From contig OZ024753.1 in NCBI GenBank assembly GCA_964016885.1, positions 12,648,001-12,712,000 of the forward strand: a stretch of DNA of 64,000 nucleotides, in the 5' to 3' direction. Below are positions 52,937 through 64,000 of the stretch, piece by piece (the stretch's first letter is position 1; the number at the start of each line of letters is the position of its first letter). The position numbers and the translations under genes were made by a program. The notes beneath the pieces were generated by a model, which ran no database searches, was not told the DNA's origin, and saw nothing but the letters and a program-made list of their open reading frames with translations. Origin of the DNA: Eledone cirrhosa. Lineage: Eukaryota.

Positions 52937-53392
52937 ACTATACAATGATATTAAATAAATGGAAACTATATATATATACAACCATATTTATTCTATTATA
53001 TATATTTTAAGGGTACCAAACATGTTGGTACTCTATCATCAGATAAAATACAAAATGTTTTATAAATATTTGACATGACCAAAGATAATATACCTTAACG
53101 GTTCAAGTTATCCCTGGAAAGTGATAAATTCCAGGGATAACTTGAACGGTTAAGGTATATATATCATTGGTCATGTCAAATATTTATAAAACATTTTGTA
53201 TTTTATCTGATGATAGCGTACCAACATTTTTGGTACCCTTGAAATATATATAATAGAATAAATATGGTTTTATATATATAGCTTCCATTTATTTAATATC
53301 ATTGAATATTTACTCCAGAAAACTGTCGAGTGCTCTGAATCAGTTATAAACATCTATATTTGTTGGATTTCCAACAAAGTAAATATCTCTTC
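52937..53392 (+). mobile_element. Fold-back element family A, about 180-bp arms
   Basis: Arms about 52943-53119 / 53129-53304; hammerhead 53199-53260 (+) has intact core, minus copy has G12A. Confidence 0.85.
53199..53260 (+). ncRNA. Type I hammerhead ribozyme motif
   Basis: UAUUUUAU-CUGAUGA-uagcGUACCAA cauu UUGGUACccuu-GAAA-UAUAUAUA-AUAGAAUA. Confidence 0.75.
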
Positions 53393-53549
53393 TACACACA
53401 CACACACATATATATATAACTATAGTGTAGCTAGCACGGTGAAATATTGGTGTTGGTCCCGAATCGAGCACTCTATGCACAGGCAGAGTGTATACAATAG
53501 AGAAAACGAGGATGTTTCGTTTACATATGAAAAATATTTATTGTGTATC

Positions 53550-54430
53550 GATCTGTTACGCGCTTTTCGCAGAGGATTGGCTTAAGGCGATCCATGGGAG
53601 TGATGGATTCGACTCCAATATCGATCTTCTCCTCAGACCGGTGATGCGACAAACATGCCGATACGCAAACAATCCCTTTTCCTCAACTTCCTTTTCAGTG
53701 TTTGGTGTTCCCTTTGATGCGTGTTGACTCTCTGACTTCATCAAACGTCTCCATTTCGCACGCTCCTCAGTCATTTTCTTCCATTCGTCAGATGCAATTG
53801 CAGCGGAAGCCAAGATATAGTCCCGGTACCGTATGTTTATATGTGTGTTGGTCGCCTTCCTTCACAGAGTTCACTGTGGAGAAGTTGCTTTGGAACCAGA
53901 TCAAGACCCCCGCACTACGTAACCGCACCACCTCAACCGATGCCGAAAGACCATGCTCTCTATACTCATTCACCTACTCCGTTTGAGAACTTCCAAATTG
54001 CTAATGAACATATTCCATCGAACCCCAAGTATCTTACAAATAGATTGTTGGTGAAACCACTTCAGTTTCTTGTGGTGCTTTCTGTTGGTGACCCAAGTAT
54101 CACAAGCATGAAACAGATAGAATAGGACACAAGTCAGATACACTTTTATCTTGTTTTCAATGGTGATACCTCGTCTGCACAAAAAAAGTTCATTCAACCG
54201 TCCAAAAGCATCACTGGCTTTCTTGATTCTTAATGATATTTCATCATCAAGTGTGCATGAATTGTTCACAGTACTCTCAAGGTAAAGAAACTTGCCAGAA
54301 ACGTTTAGCTTCTCTCCGTACACGTACACAATTGATGTAGTGTATTATTTTGCAGGTGCTGGCTAGTACATAACAACAGTCTTGTCCAAGCTTATTGTGA
54401 GGCCTAAAGCGCTGTAAGCTTCATAAAACA
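53550..54430 (-). mobile_element. RTE (BovB-like) LINE 3' relic
   Basis: GLTISLDKTVVMY, FLYLESTV..LDDEISLRIKKASDAFGRL, KIKVY, FHQQSICKILGVRW. Confidence 0.85.
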
Positions 54431-54580
54431 TACACACACACACACACACATATATACATATATATATCCATACATATATATATATCATCAGATTCGTTTA
54501 ACGTCCATCTTCGAAGATGATGATGATGATGATATATATATGGATATATGTGTATATATATGTGTGTGTGTGTGATTTCT

Positions 54581-54688
54581 GAAGCCGTAGCTATGCAGAC
54601 ACCGAAGGGCTAACGCCCAGCTTCTGCTGGACATCACCAGAGGGCGATAGACACCCCCTCTCCACGGTGTTTGCGTAGCTACGGCTTC
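54581..54688 (+). other. GC-rich multibranch hairpin (24-bp closing stem); MITE or structured RNA
   Basis: 54581-54604 pairs with 54665-54688; three internal hairpins. Confidence 0.55.
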
Positions 54689-54764
54689 CTAAAACCGTAT
54701 TTCTTTGGAGATACGAAATATTTTTACATATTGTATAAAGCTATGCTTGAAGCGAAATCCTATT

Positions 54765-54795
<31 letters not shown>

Positions 54796-54945
54796 CTAGC
54801 ATTTCAAGGGGTCCATCGAGCCGCATATAGCAAAGTCGGGTAAGATCGATATAGATCGAACCTTGAGCTGGTCAGTGGCGAAACGCGCGTCACCAACCAC
54901 TAAATGTAATGAAGGAGTAACCAATTGTCCTTGTTATCTTTTCAC
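54796..54945 (+). mobile_element. (TA)n-flanked PLE-type fragment with GAAACGCGCGTC hammerhead half
   Basis: Palindromic stem III ACGCGCGT; reverse-strand homolog at 29195-29270. Confidence 0.6.
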
Positions 54946-55008
<63 letters not shown>

Positions 55009-55095
55009 CACTTACCATTTTACACCTTCGAAATATATAAAATAGAGATGATATAAGGTATATATCTTTCGTTTCTTACTATTATTATATGTGTC

Positions 55096-55130
<35 letters not shown>

Positions 55131-57072
55131 GTGTTGAATAATGGAAACAAAAGGCAAAATTTAGTGCTTAATCATTTCATTGTTTTACGATTGTTTCAGA
55201 AGTTTGATTGATGTTGATAGAACTATATAGCAACTAAAGATATATTTCTAATGCCACACTTCCTTCGTACCAAACACTGACATTAATGCTATATTATATT
55301 TATAATTTTGAAGGAATATTCAACTTAAAAGTGTTGGAACTAAACACTCGAATATGATTTTGCATTTCCAGAAATATTGTTTAAATCAATGATCTTATGC
55401 TTGTACTGGAATGATGCATATTCTAGTTAAAGCAAAAAAATCTTGATAATTTCCCATTCCTGTTTTTCTATCATAATATAATAAAGAAAGGAGTGCGGGA
55501 CTGCGTCCTGAATATTTTTTTTTATCCCGTTAGTAACATAAATTGGATTACTTTGAATAAATAATTGTTTCTACATTTGGCACAGGGCCAGCAATCATCC
55601 CAGTGCATTACCGGTACTTTATTTTATCGATCCCGTAAGGATTTGAATTCATAATGTATGTACTATATTTCGTAGCTGTTGATTAAACATAAATATTCAT
55701 ATATATAATGATTGCTTGTTTTCAAATGTCTACACTTCCGGTTAACGTCCGTTATATCATAACACTTATCACATCGCCTATGTAAACATTCATATATTTG
55801 CATCGTTATATAAGGTTTATATTTCTGTCGCTAATTTTCTCCTTTTTCGTTTTCATTACATTTCACCGTAATGCAGTTTATATATAATATCGTCTTTTTT
55901 AAATATATCATCGATTACTTTACTGATTACAGAAGACAGAGCAACACAGTCTCTCTTCAATTTCTGTGCATATTTATTTGACATATCATATCTACATGAA
56001 TTTGCGTATAATATCAATATGTCCACTACACATGCTAACAGAAAAAACACCTTTCGGGTGGTTTTTCTGCTGGTTATATTTAAAGATTATTTCGTATTTC
56101 CTCCCTCTCGCTTTGTTGGAAAGTTTAAAAGTTGACACAAAATAATCAATAAATCACAAAAATACAACAATTGCACTTATCTATTCACGTCAGCCCGCTC
56201 TTAAAATTCATTAAGGAGACCATCAAATTCTATATTATTAGTTTTTTTATTTGCTTTGCTTTTATTCTCGAGAATGAAAATAAATGATGATGCGTCAGTG
56301 ATGTGGTGTAAAGAAATATTGATGTCTAGTAAGTTAATTTTATTACAAAAAACAATATACCATCACTAACACATCGGCAGTATCTTTCAACAATTTTAAC
56401 AAACCATCTGAAATACAATCGACAATACCACAGTGAATATTATATTTACTATATTCAAAGTCGTTTAATTTCACGGTGAATTTCACGGTGAATTTCACGA
56501 TATGTCAAACACAAAAAAACTTTCTATTACGTTTATAACTGACTATTTTTCTAAATTGCATTTTTAATGAAATAACAAAGAAAAATACAATGTTTTTTTT
56601 TTCTGGTTGCGTTTTATAAAGCGAATATATAACTATGGAAACAATTTCCTATACAAGTGCGCAGATACTTTGTGAATTTACTTAGAATATTAAATCGAAG
56701 GCATCAAATAAGTAATAAAAGTAAGCAAGTTGTTTATAGATAGGTGAAATTAATCACTATATGAAGTTTCTCAGACAATGATGCAAAGGGTAGAACTCTA
56801 TAACTGCCAAATCTGACATTTATTTATATATAGAAAACCTGTTTATATAATTACATTTTTTATTGGTATTTGTGTATATGGGCATTCAAAACTGTGTTAG
56901 TAGAGCTGTACATTTATATCGGTAGGAAATGTATTCTCCGTAACCATCTTTATATATTTACACTTTTACATGATGCTTGTTATGGGCTGCAACAATACTT
57001 GAACTTCAAAATCGTATGCAGTTGTTATATTATATTTCCTGTGTGTGATACAAACAATCCGAAAAATAATCA

Positions 57073-57241
57073 CCGTATTTTCCAGCGCTGAAGACGCTTC
57101 GTCCTCGAGGACACACCCTGATTTTGACAACCAACAATTTGAAGAAACTATAATAAACAACCTTCGGCCACCAGGATGCATGGTTGATTTTTTAGGCTTA
57201 TTTTAGGAAAAAAGTAGCGTCTTCGACGCCGGGAAATACGG
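57073..57241. mobile_element. Tc2/pogo-type MITE
   Basis: TIR CCGTATTTTCCAGCGCTGAAGACGC / GCGTCTTCGACGCCGGGAAATACGG, TA on the right side. Confidence 0.7.
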
Positions 57242-57687
57242 TAGTTTGAAGATAGCATTATATTTAAGGTAATTTTGAGTAGAAAATTATGTTGGACTGT
57301 GTAACAGAGATCGAAAGAGAGGAAGACCAATGCTGAGGCTAGATACACTACATTTGTTATATAATACTGATCAGGAGAATCTAAACATATATTATATAAT
57401 TTTGTAAATGCTCATATACTACGTATGTATAAATTATAAATGAAAATATCCCTTGCTTCAGAATGATGTTAAGCATTGTATCTTAGTTCGTGCAATATAA
57501 CAAATACTTATACATCCTAGTAACCACATATTACCAGGCGGCAATTTAGCTTTAAATACATCTGAGCACATCTGCTATTTTTGGTATTGTTTTATTTATA
57601 TCTCCTAACCTAATCCAAGAGATTTGGGATTATATACGTTCAAACTCTGGTTCTCATCATTCTTTGTGAATTGTGTATCAAATATTA

Positions 57688-57758
57688 TCTATATAATACT
57701 AAAAGTCTGTGATTGCTTGCTTGCTGGCTTGCTTGTCTGTAATGTAATACAGCAAATC

Positions 57759-57811
<53 letters not shown>

Positions 57812-58618
57812 AGAAGAAATACTTTGAAAGGAAGTTGCCCTGAAATGGGACTACAAATGGAATAAAACAAGTTTAAAGTAAATCGGAGCACGGGTTCCCA
57901 AGATATGAGATTTTCTAGGGGGCGATATTTTCTGGTTGACAACAGTAGTGACGTAAACAACAAGCTTTACATGGGGCGATATTTGCTGGATGACAATAGT
58001 AGTGACGTAAACAAGCTTGACATGGGGCAATATATGCTGGTTGACAACAGTAGTGACGTAACCAACAAGCTTTACATGGGGCATTATATGCTGGTTGACA
58101 ATAGTAGTGATGTAACCAACAAGCTTTACATGGGGCAATATATGCTGGTTGACAACAGTTGTGACGTAAATAACAAGCTTTACATGGGGCGATATATGCT
58201 GGTTGACAATAGTAGTGATGTAACCAACAAGCTTTACATGGGGCAATATATGCTGGTTGACAACAGTTGTGACGTAAATAACAAGCTTTACATGGGGCGA
58301 TATATGCTGGTTGACAATAGTAGTGATGTAACCAACAAGCTTTACATGGGGCAATATATGCTGGTTGACAACAGTTGTGACGTAAATAACAAGCTTTACA
58401 TGGGGCGATATATGCTGGTTGACAATAGTAGTGACGTAAATAACAAGCTTTACATGGAGCGATATATGCTGGTTGACAATAGTAGTGACGTAACCAACAA
58501 GCTTTACATGAGTAAATATTTGCTGGTTCTATTCATTTGTTATTTATGTAAATTCCATTTATCAATGGAGAGATATTATCGTGTTATTATATATTTCGAG
58601 CAGTTGAGCGAATACTAA
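57688..58618 (+). mobile_element. Helitron-like non-autonomous element carrying a 54-bp array
   Basis: Starts TCTATATAATACTAAAA; first about 220 bp match 39560-39725 (-); possible CTAA end. Confidence 0.5.
57918..58525 (+). repeat. 54-bp minisatellite, about 11 units, with 108-bp higher-order alternation
   Basis: AAGCTT every 54 bp (58067, 58121, ...); open frame repeats LYMG(R/Q)YMLVDNS(S/C)DV(T/N)NK. Confidence 0.92.
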
Positions 58619-59193
58619 TTTTAATTACCGTATTCTCTCGAGTATTGCGCACATTCGTGTATAACGTGTACCACGTTTAACTCTGGAAAAGCCTAGAGCC
58701 TAGTTTTGGTCTATAGATATTTTGTTATGGAGTATACCGCGTACACACACAAAACAAACAAGGAAAAAAGTGAAACAACTTGGCGATATGCACTGAGGAA
58801 TACAGTATATTATATTTCATAGTATTATAAATCTGAAGACGTGGCTGCTGGGTGGAATTTAGTCCTTGTTGGAGCGCGGGGCACTTCAGATTTGCGAGAC
58901 CCTCATAACACAAACCCCTACAATTTTTCATACCAAAGTTAGCTTCGCGCAAGCAAAATCGGAATTGGAATGTTTTACACACAGGTATTACATTTTTTAA
59001 AACCCTAACCACCCTAAAAATAAAAAGAGCAGCTTTTCCCCCCATTAAATTCGGCCCCTGCATCCATCTGTTCATCGGGTAAAAGCGATGGTGATAGTTG
59101 CAGCTGTACGAACGTCTAAAAACCCAAACAGGGAGTTCCATGAAAAAACTGCACCAAAACGGGGGGAAATGAGGCAATATGGGGATATTTCAC

Positions 59194-59380
59194 ATAATTG
59201 TTCTACTTTAGGCACAAGGCCAGCAAATAACCAGTACATTATTGGTACTTTATTTTATCGACCCCGTAAGGATGAAAGGCAAAGTTAACCTCGGCGGGAT
59301 TTGAACTCAGATCTTAAAGGGACGTAACTCTATGCGTCAAAGCATGGTGTCCGATCCTCTACCGATACTGCCAATCCACC
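59194..59380 (-). mobile_element. tRNA-SINE
   Basis: Reverse complement of the 3823 family. Confidence 0.88.
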
Positions 59381-59502
59381 GGAGAGCTATACCCATTTTC
59401 ACAAAGACAACATCTCTCACCCACCCCAAAGTGGGCGGAAGATCACCCCGGCGGACGGGGAGATTTGACAGGTCTGTGTTTGAGCTATTATTTTCTTTTC
59501 CG

Positions 59503-59690
59503 TGGTGGATTGGCAGTATCGGTAGAGGGTCGGTCGCCATGCTTTGACGCATAGAGTTACGGTCCTTGCCATTCTGAGTTCAAATCCCGCCGAGGTTTAC
59601 TTTGCCTTTCATTCTTACGGGGTCGATAAAATAAAGTACCAATAATGCACTGGGTTATTGCTGGCCTTGTGCCTAAAGTAGAAACAATTA
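59503..59690 (+). mobile_element. tRNA-SINE (a partial third copy follows at 59755-59835)
   Basis: Full head, core and tail; ATTATTTTCTTTT on both flanks. Confidence 0.88.
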
Positions 59691-60190
59691 TTTTCTTTTT
59701 CGCGGAAGTTATCCATGCTATCAAAAACATAAGAACTATGTCCTTTTGTACGAATATCCTTATGGGGTCGATACAATAAAGTACCAGTAATGTACTGGGT
59801 AATTGCTGGCCTTGTGCCAAAAGCAGAAACAATTATTAATGCGGTTGAATGTAAAGCTCTGGCAATGTGTTGTGAAAGTATTAAACATGACAATTATAAT
59901 TTGAATAATTACATATTGTATCACAGAGAACATATATTGCATCAAGTCTTCTTATAAATAAATTGGAATATAAACATTTAGACACTCCTGTGTGTGTGTA
60001 TATGTACGTATATATATATATATATATATGCATATATATATATGTGCACAGATGTATATATATATATGCATATATATATGTGCATAGATGTATATATATA
60101 TATGTATATATATATGTGCATAGATGTATATATATATATATATGCATATACATATATATATATATATGCATATATATATGTGCATAGATG

Positions 60191-60221
<31 letters not shown>

Positions 60222-60280
60222 GTGCATAGATGTATATATATGCATATATATATATATATATGCATATATATATATATATA

Positions 60281-60352
<72 letters not shown>

Positions 60353-60370
60353 TATATATATATAAATATG

Positions 60371-60402
<32 letters not shown>

Positions 60403-60418
60403 GATGAATATATATATA

Positions 60419-60462
<44 letters not shown>

Positions 60463-60489
60463 TATATATATATATATATGCATATATGC

Positions 60490-60542
<53 letters not shown>

Positions 60543-60736
60543 TGCATATATATGTGCATATATATATATATGCATATATATGTGCATATATATATATATG
60601 CATATATATATATATATATATATATGCATATCTGTATATATATATATATATATATGCATATATATATGCATATATGTATATATATATATATATGCATATA
60701 TGTATATGTATTTATGCATATATGTATATATATATG

Positions 60737-60769
<33 letters not shown>

Positions 60770-60827
60770 ATGCATATATAGATATATATATATATGCATA
60801 TATATATATACATATATATATATATGC

Positions 60828-60880
<53 letters not shown>

Positions 60881-61291
60881 CATATATATATAGATATATA
60901 TATATGCATATATATATGCACATATATATGCATATATATATATATATACATATATATATGCATATATATATATATGCATATATATATGCATATATATATA
61001 TATATATATATACACGCATATATGTATAAATATGAGTATATGCCTATATTTATATATATACATATATACACACATATATGTATTTATATGCGTATATTCC
61101 TATAATTATAAATATAACTTTATACACAAATGTATATGTATATATACTCATATATATATACAAATATATAATAGATATAAGCCTATTTATATATACATAA
61201 ATATATATATATGTATATATATGTGTAAATGCCTATATTTGTATATATAGATATATACACATAATATATATACACACACACATGTATATAG

Positions 61292-61342
<51 letters not shown>

Positions 61343-61510
61343 CTCATATATATATATGCCTATATATATATATATACATATATACATATATGTATATATA
61401 TATGTGTATATGCCTATATTAATATATATAAATATATACACATATGTATATATATATGTGTATATGCCTATATTAATATATATAAATATATACACATATA
61501 TTATATACTC

Positions 61511-61543
<33 letters not shown>

Positions 61544-61741
61544 ATATATAATATGCATATGTATACATATGTATACATGTATACGTATGTATATATGTAT
61601 ATATGTATACATGTATACATATGTATATATGTATATATGTATACATATATACATATATGTATATATATATATATATATACATACATATATATATATACAT
61701 ATATATATATACATATAAATATATACATATATATATATACA

Positions 61742-61790
<49 letters not shown>

Positions 61791-62222
61791 CATATAAATA
61801 TATACATATATATATATATACAATATATATATATACATATATATATATGTATATATATATATTATACACACACACACACATATATATATATAAATGTATG
61901 TATACATATATATATATACATATATATATATATATGTACGTATAACAGATTACCTACCAACGATGTCTCTGACTATAATTTGATTTTACTGAATATATAC
62001 ATCAAGCATGAAATCAAGAGGAATCAATGAAAACATTGGGAAGACATGAAATAAAAGAATATATTACTTAATTCAGCAATACCATGTGAAATCTATTAAA
62101 ACAATGAAAGGAAGAATTGCTGTCTGTGAAAGAAGATATCTGATAGTGTTTGATGAATGCAAACATTTACCATACAGGGCAGTAAGAATATTGAGACAAC
62201 TGTGATAAATCACAATAGGTTT

Positions 62223-62280
<58 letters not shown>

Positions 62281-62283
<3 letters not shown>

Positions 62284-62858
62284 GATAAATCTACCAAAAA
62301 TTTACGGTAGTGTCCAATCCGTATGAAGAACTCAATGTAATCCGGATATCATGAAAAGAGAAGATGCATTCAAAAACTATTTTCGGTGAAAATTAACGGA
62401 AAACAGAGTCAAGATAAATTAATAAAGTAATGAATAAACAAAGAAACAGTTTCTTATATTAAAAAAATTCATCATTTTACGATCGTTTCTAGGATATATA
62501 TGTGTTAGTGTTGGTATGCATATTCTATAGATCTATGTAAAATATTTATACAAACTATCAGAGGGAATATACATACCTACACATATATATGCTGTCTTCA
62601 GAAATAATGATATTTCTTTATGAAACAGACCTATTGTATTAAATCTTTTTTTTTTTCAATAAACGAATATCATTATTTCTGAAGACAGCATATATATGTG
62701 TAGGTATGTATATTCCCTCTGATATTTGTATAAATATTTTACATAGATCGATAAATTTTTACACCAATACTAACACATATATATCCTAGAAACGATCGTA
62801 AAATGATGAATTTTTTTAATATAAGGAACTGTTTCTTTGTTTATTCATTACTTTATTA

Positions 62859-62865
<7 letters not shown>
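62281..62865 (-). mobile_element. Fold-back element, about 200-bp arms, two long-stem-II hammerheads
   Basis: Arms about 62414-62614 / 62666-62864; motifs 62470-62609 (-) and 62671-62808 (+); partial relative at 42403-42520. Confidence 0.85.
62671..62808 (+). ncRNA. Type I hammerhead motif with about 100-nt domain II
   Basis: CAUUAUUU-CUGAAGA-..AUAUAUAUGUGU..ACACAUAUAUAU..-GAAA-CGAUCG-UA-AAAUGAUG; 8-bp stem I; palindromic stem III. Confidence 0.75.
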
Positions 62866-62896
<31 letters not shown>

Positions 62897-62994
62897 GGAA
62901 AAAATGAAACGAAAAATTTCATTTCCCACTCTTAGTACGGCTGTTGCTTAAATATAAGTATGTATATGTACATACATATGTATATGTACATGAT

Positions 62995-63017
62995 ATATGT
63001 ATACAGACGTACAGTAG

Positions 63018-63060
<43 letters not shown>

Positions 63061-63396
63061 GCACACATATATATATATGTACGTATGGATTCACCGAACA
63101 TCTATTATAATGCCCGGTGTGTTTGTAAACAAACATCCCGTATCAAGCCGTAGTATCCAGCAACCTCCGTTGCTCGTTTGTTCAACACTGACAGAGGAAC
63201 GCTGTACTAGTTTCAAGCTTATTAGCTATCGTCAGCAACGTATACCTTCCTGCCAGATGATTGAACGTCCGAAAGTATATACTTTCCTTATGCATATTAA
63301 CGGCTGAGTAGCTCAATTTGCATATGGAGTGGGCTAATCGAGTGGGTTAATACGTACATATATATATACATACTACTGTACGTCTGTATACATATA
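62995..63396. mobile_element. MITE-like element with inverted termini
   Basis: ATATGTATACAGACGTACAGTAGTATGTATA inverted at about 63366-63396. Confidence 0.55.
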
Positions 63397-63415
63397 TGTA
63401 TGTACGTATACATAC

Positions 63416-63453
<38 letters not shown>

Positions 63454-63609
63454 TAAAATAACAGATTAAAGTTTAAGCAAAGAATCGCTGCTTTCACCCT
63501 TAACGGGATCTTCTGAAACTAACAAAGTCAATCTGTAAACGCAGAACTGGATATTTCAAAAAACGTTGCAACCGGAGGAAGACAGGAAGACGATACTTTG
63601 GTTCGTGGA

Positions 63610-63873
63610 AACGTTCCCTGGCAAAGAACGGGAAAAAACGAATATAATACGTCATTAATAGGAGCTGTGAAAAACAATTACGCGCAAAGACAGAACCACG
63701 TTTATGGTATAAAAGAGGTCGTAGGCTAATGTTCTCTTAGGTGGTGCATAGAGACGTTCTCTGGCAATGAACGAAAAAAAACGAAGATAATACGTCATAT
63801 GTGGAACGTGGAGAACAATAGCACGCAAAGACAAAACCACGTAAATGGTATAGCAGAAGTCGTAGACTAAATT

Positions 63874-63876
<3 letters not shown>
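63610..63876. repeat. Diverged tandem duplication, period about 143 bp
   Basis: ACGAAxATAATACGTCAT..CGCAAAGACAxAACCACGT..GTCGTAG occurs twice (63638, 63781). Confidence 0.7.
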
Positions 63877-63913
<37 letters not shown>

Positions 63914-64000
63914 CAAAGAAGGTGTGCTAAGATACCAGCTGGACCATAACGTAGCAGAGTACTCTCACTTAGTGTAGTAGAATGGGTAATAGGAAATAGT

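Noticed and set aside
57905-58618. Reflectin gene
   Set aside because: Lacks the M/F-D-x5-M-D-x5-M-D motif and Trp/Arg richness; lies in a dispersed repeat.

Overview
AT-rich, microsatellite-dense eukaryotic DNA. The tRNA-derived SINEs resemble octopod cephalopod families; this is inferred from repeat motifs and not confirmed. Most ORF-track entries are translations of (TA)n, (CA)n or (GA)n and are not genes. Credible coding content: one intronless, Cys-rich, probably secreted/GPI-anchored host ORF (8969-10057); an apparently intact two-ORF CR1/L2-group LINE (32437-37097, minus); relics of a mariner, several RTE LINEs, an RLE-type LINE and Penelope-like elements; and Helitron-, hAT-, piggyBac- and Tc2/pogo-type non-autonomous elements. 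The most striking signal is about 20 short non-coding elements from several unrelated sequence families. They sit in or next to (TA)n tracts, are built as fold-back inverted repeats with a family-specific end point, and many carry type I hammerhead ribozyme motifs with palindromic stem III, often one copy per strand. One family has a U3-A8 compensatory core. These are best read as Penelope-like element pseudo-LTR insertions that target microsatellites. Also present: a 2.4-kb tandem array amplified from a 99-bp in-frame piece of an RTE ORF. All structures were read by eye, and element boundaries are approximate.
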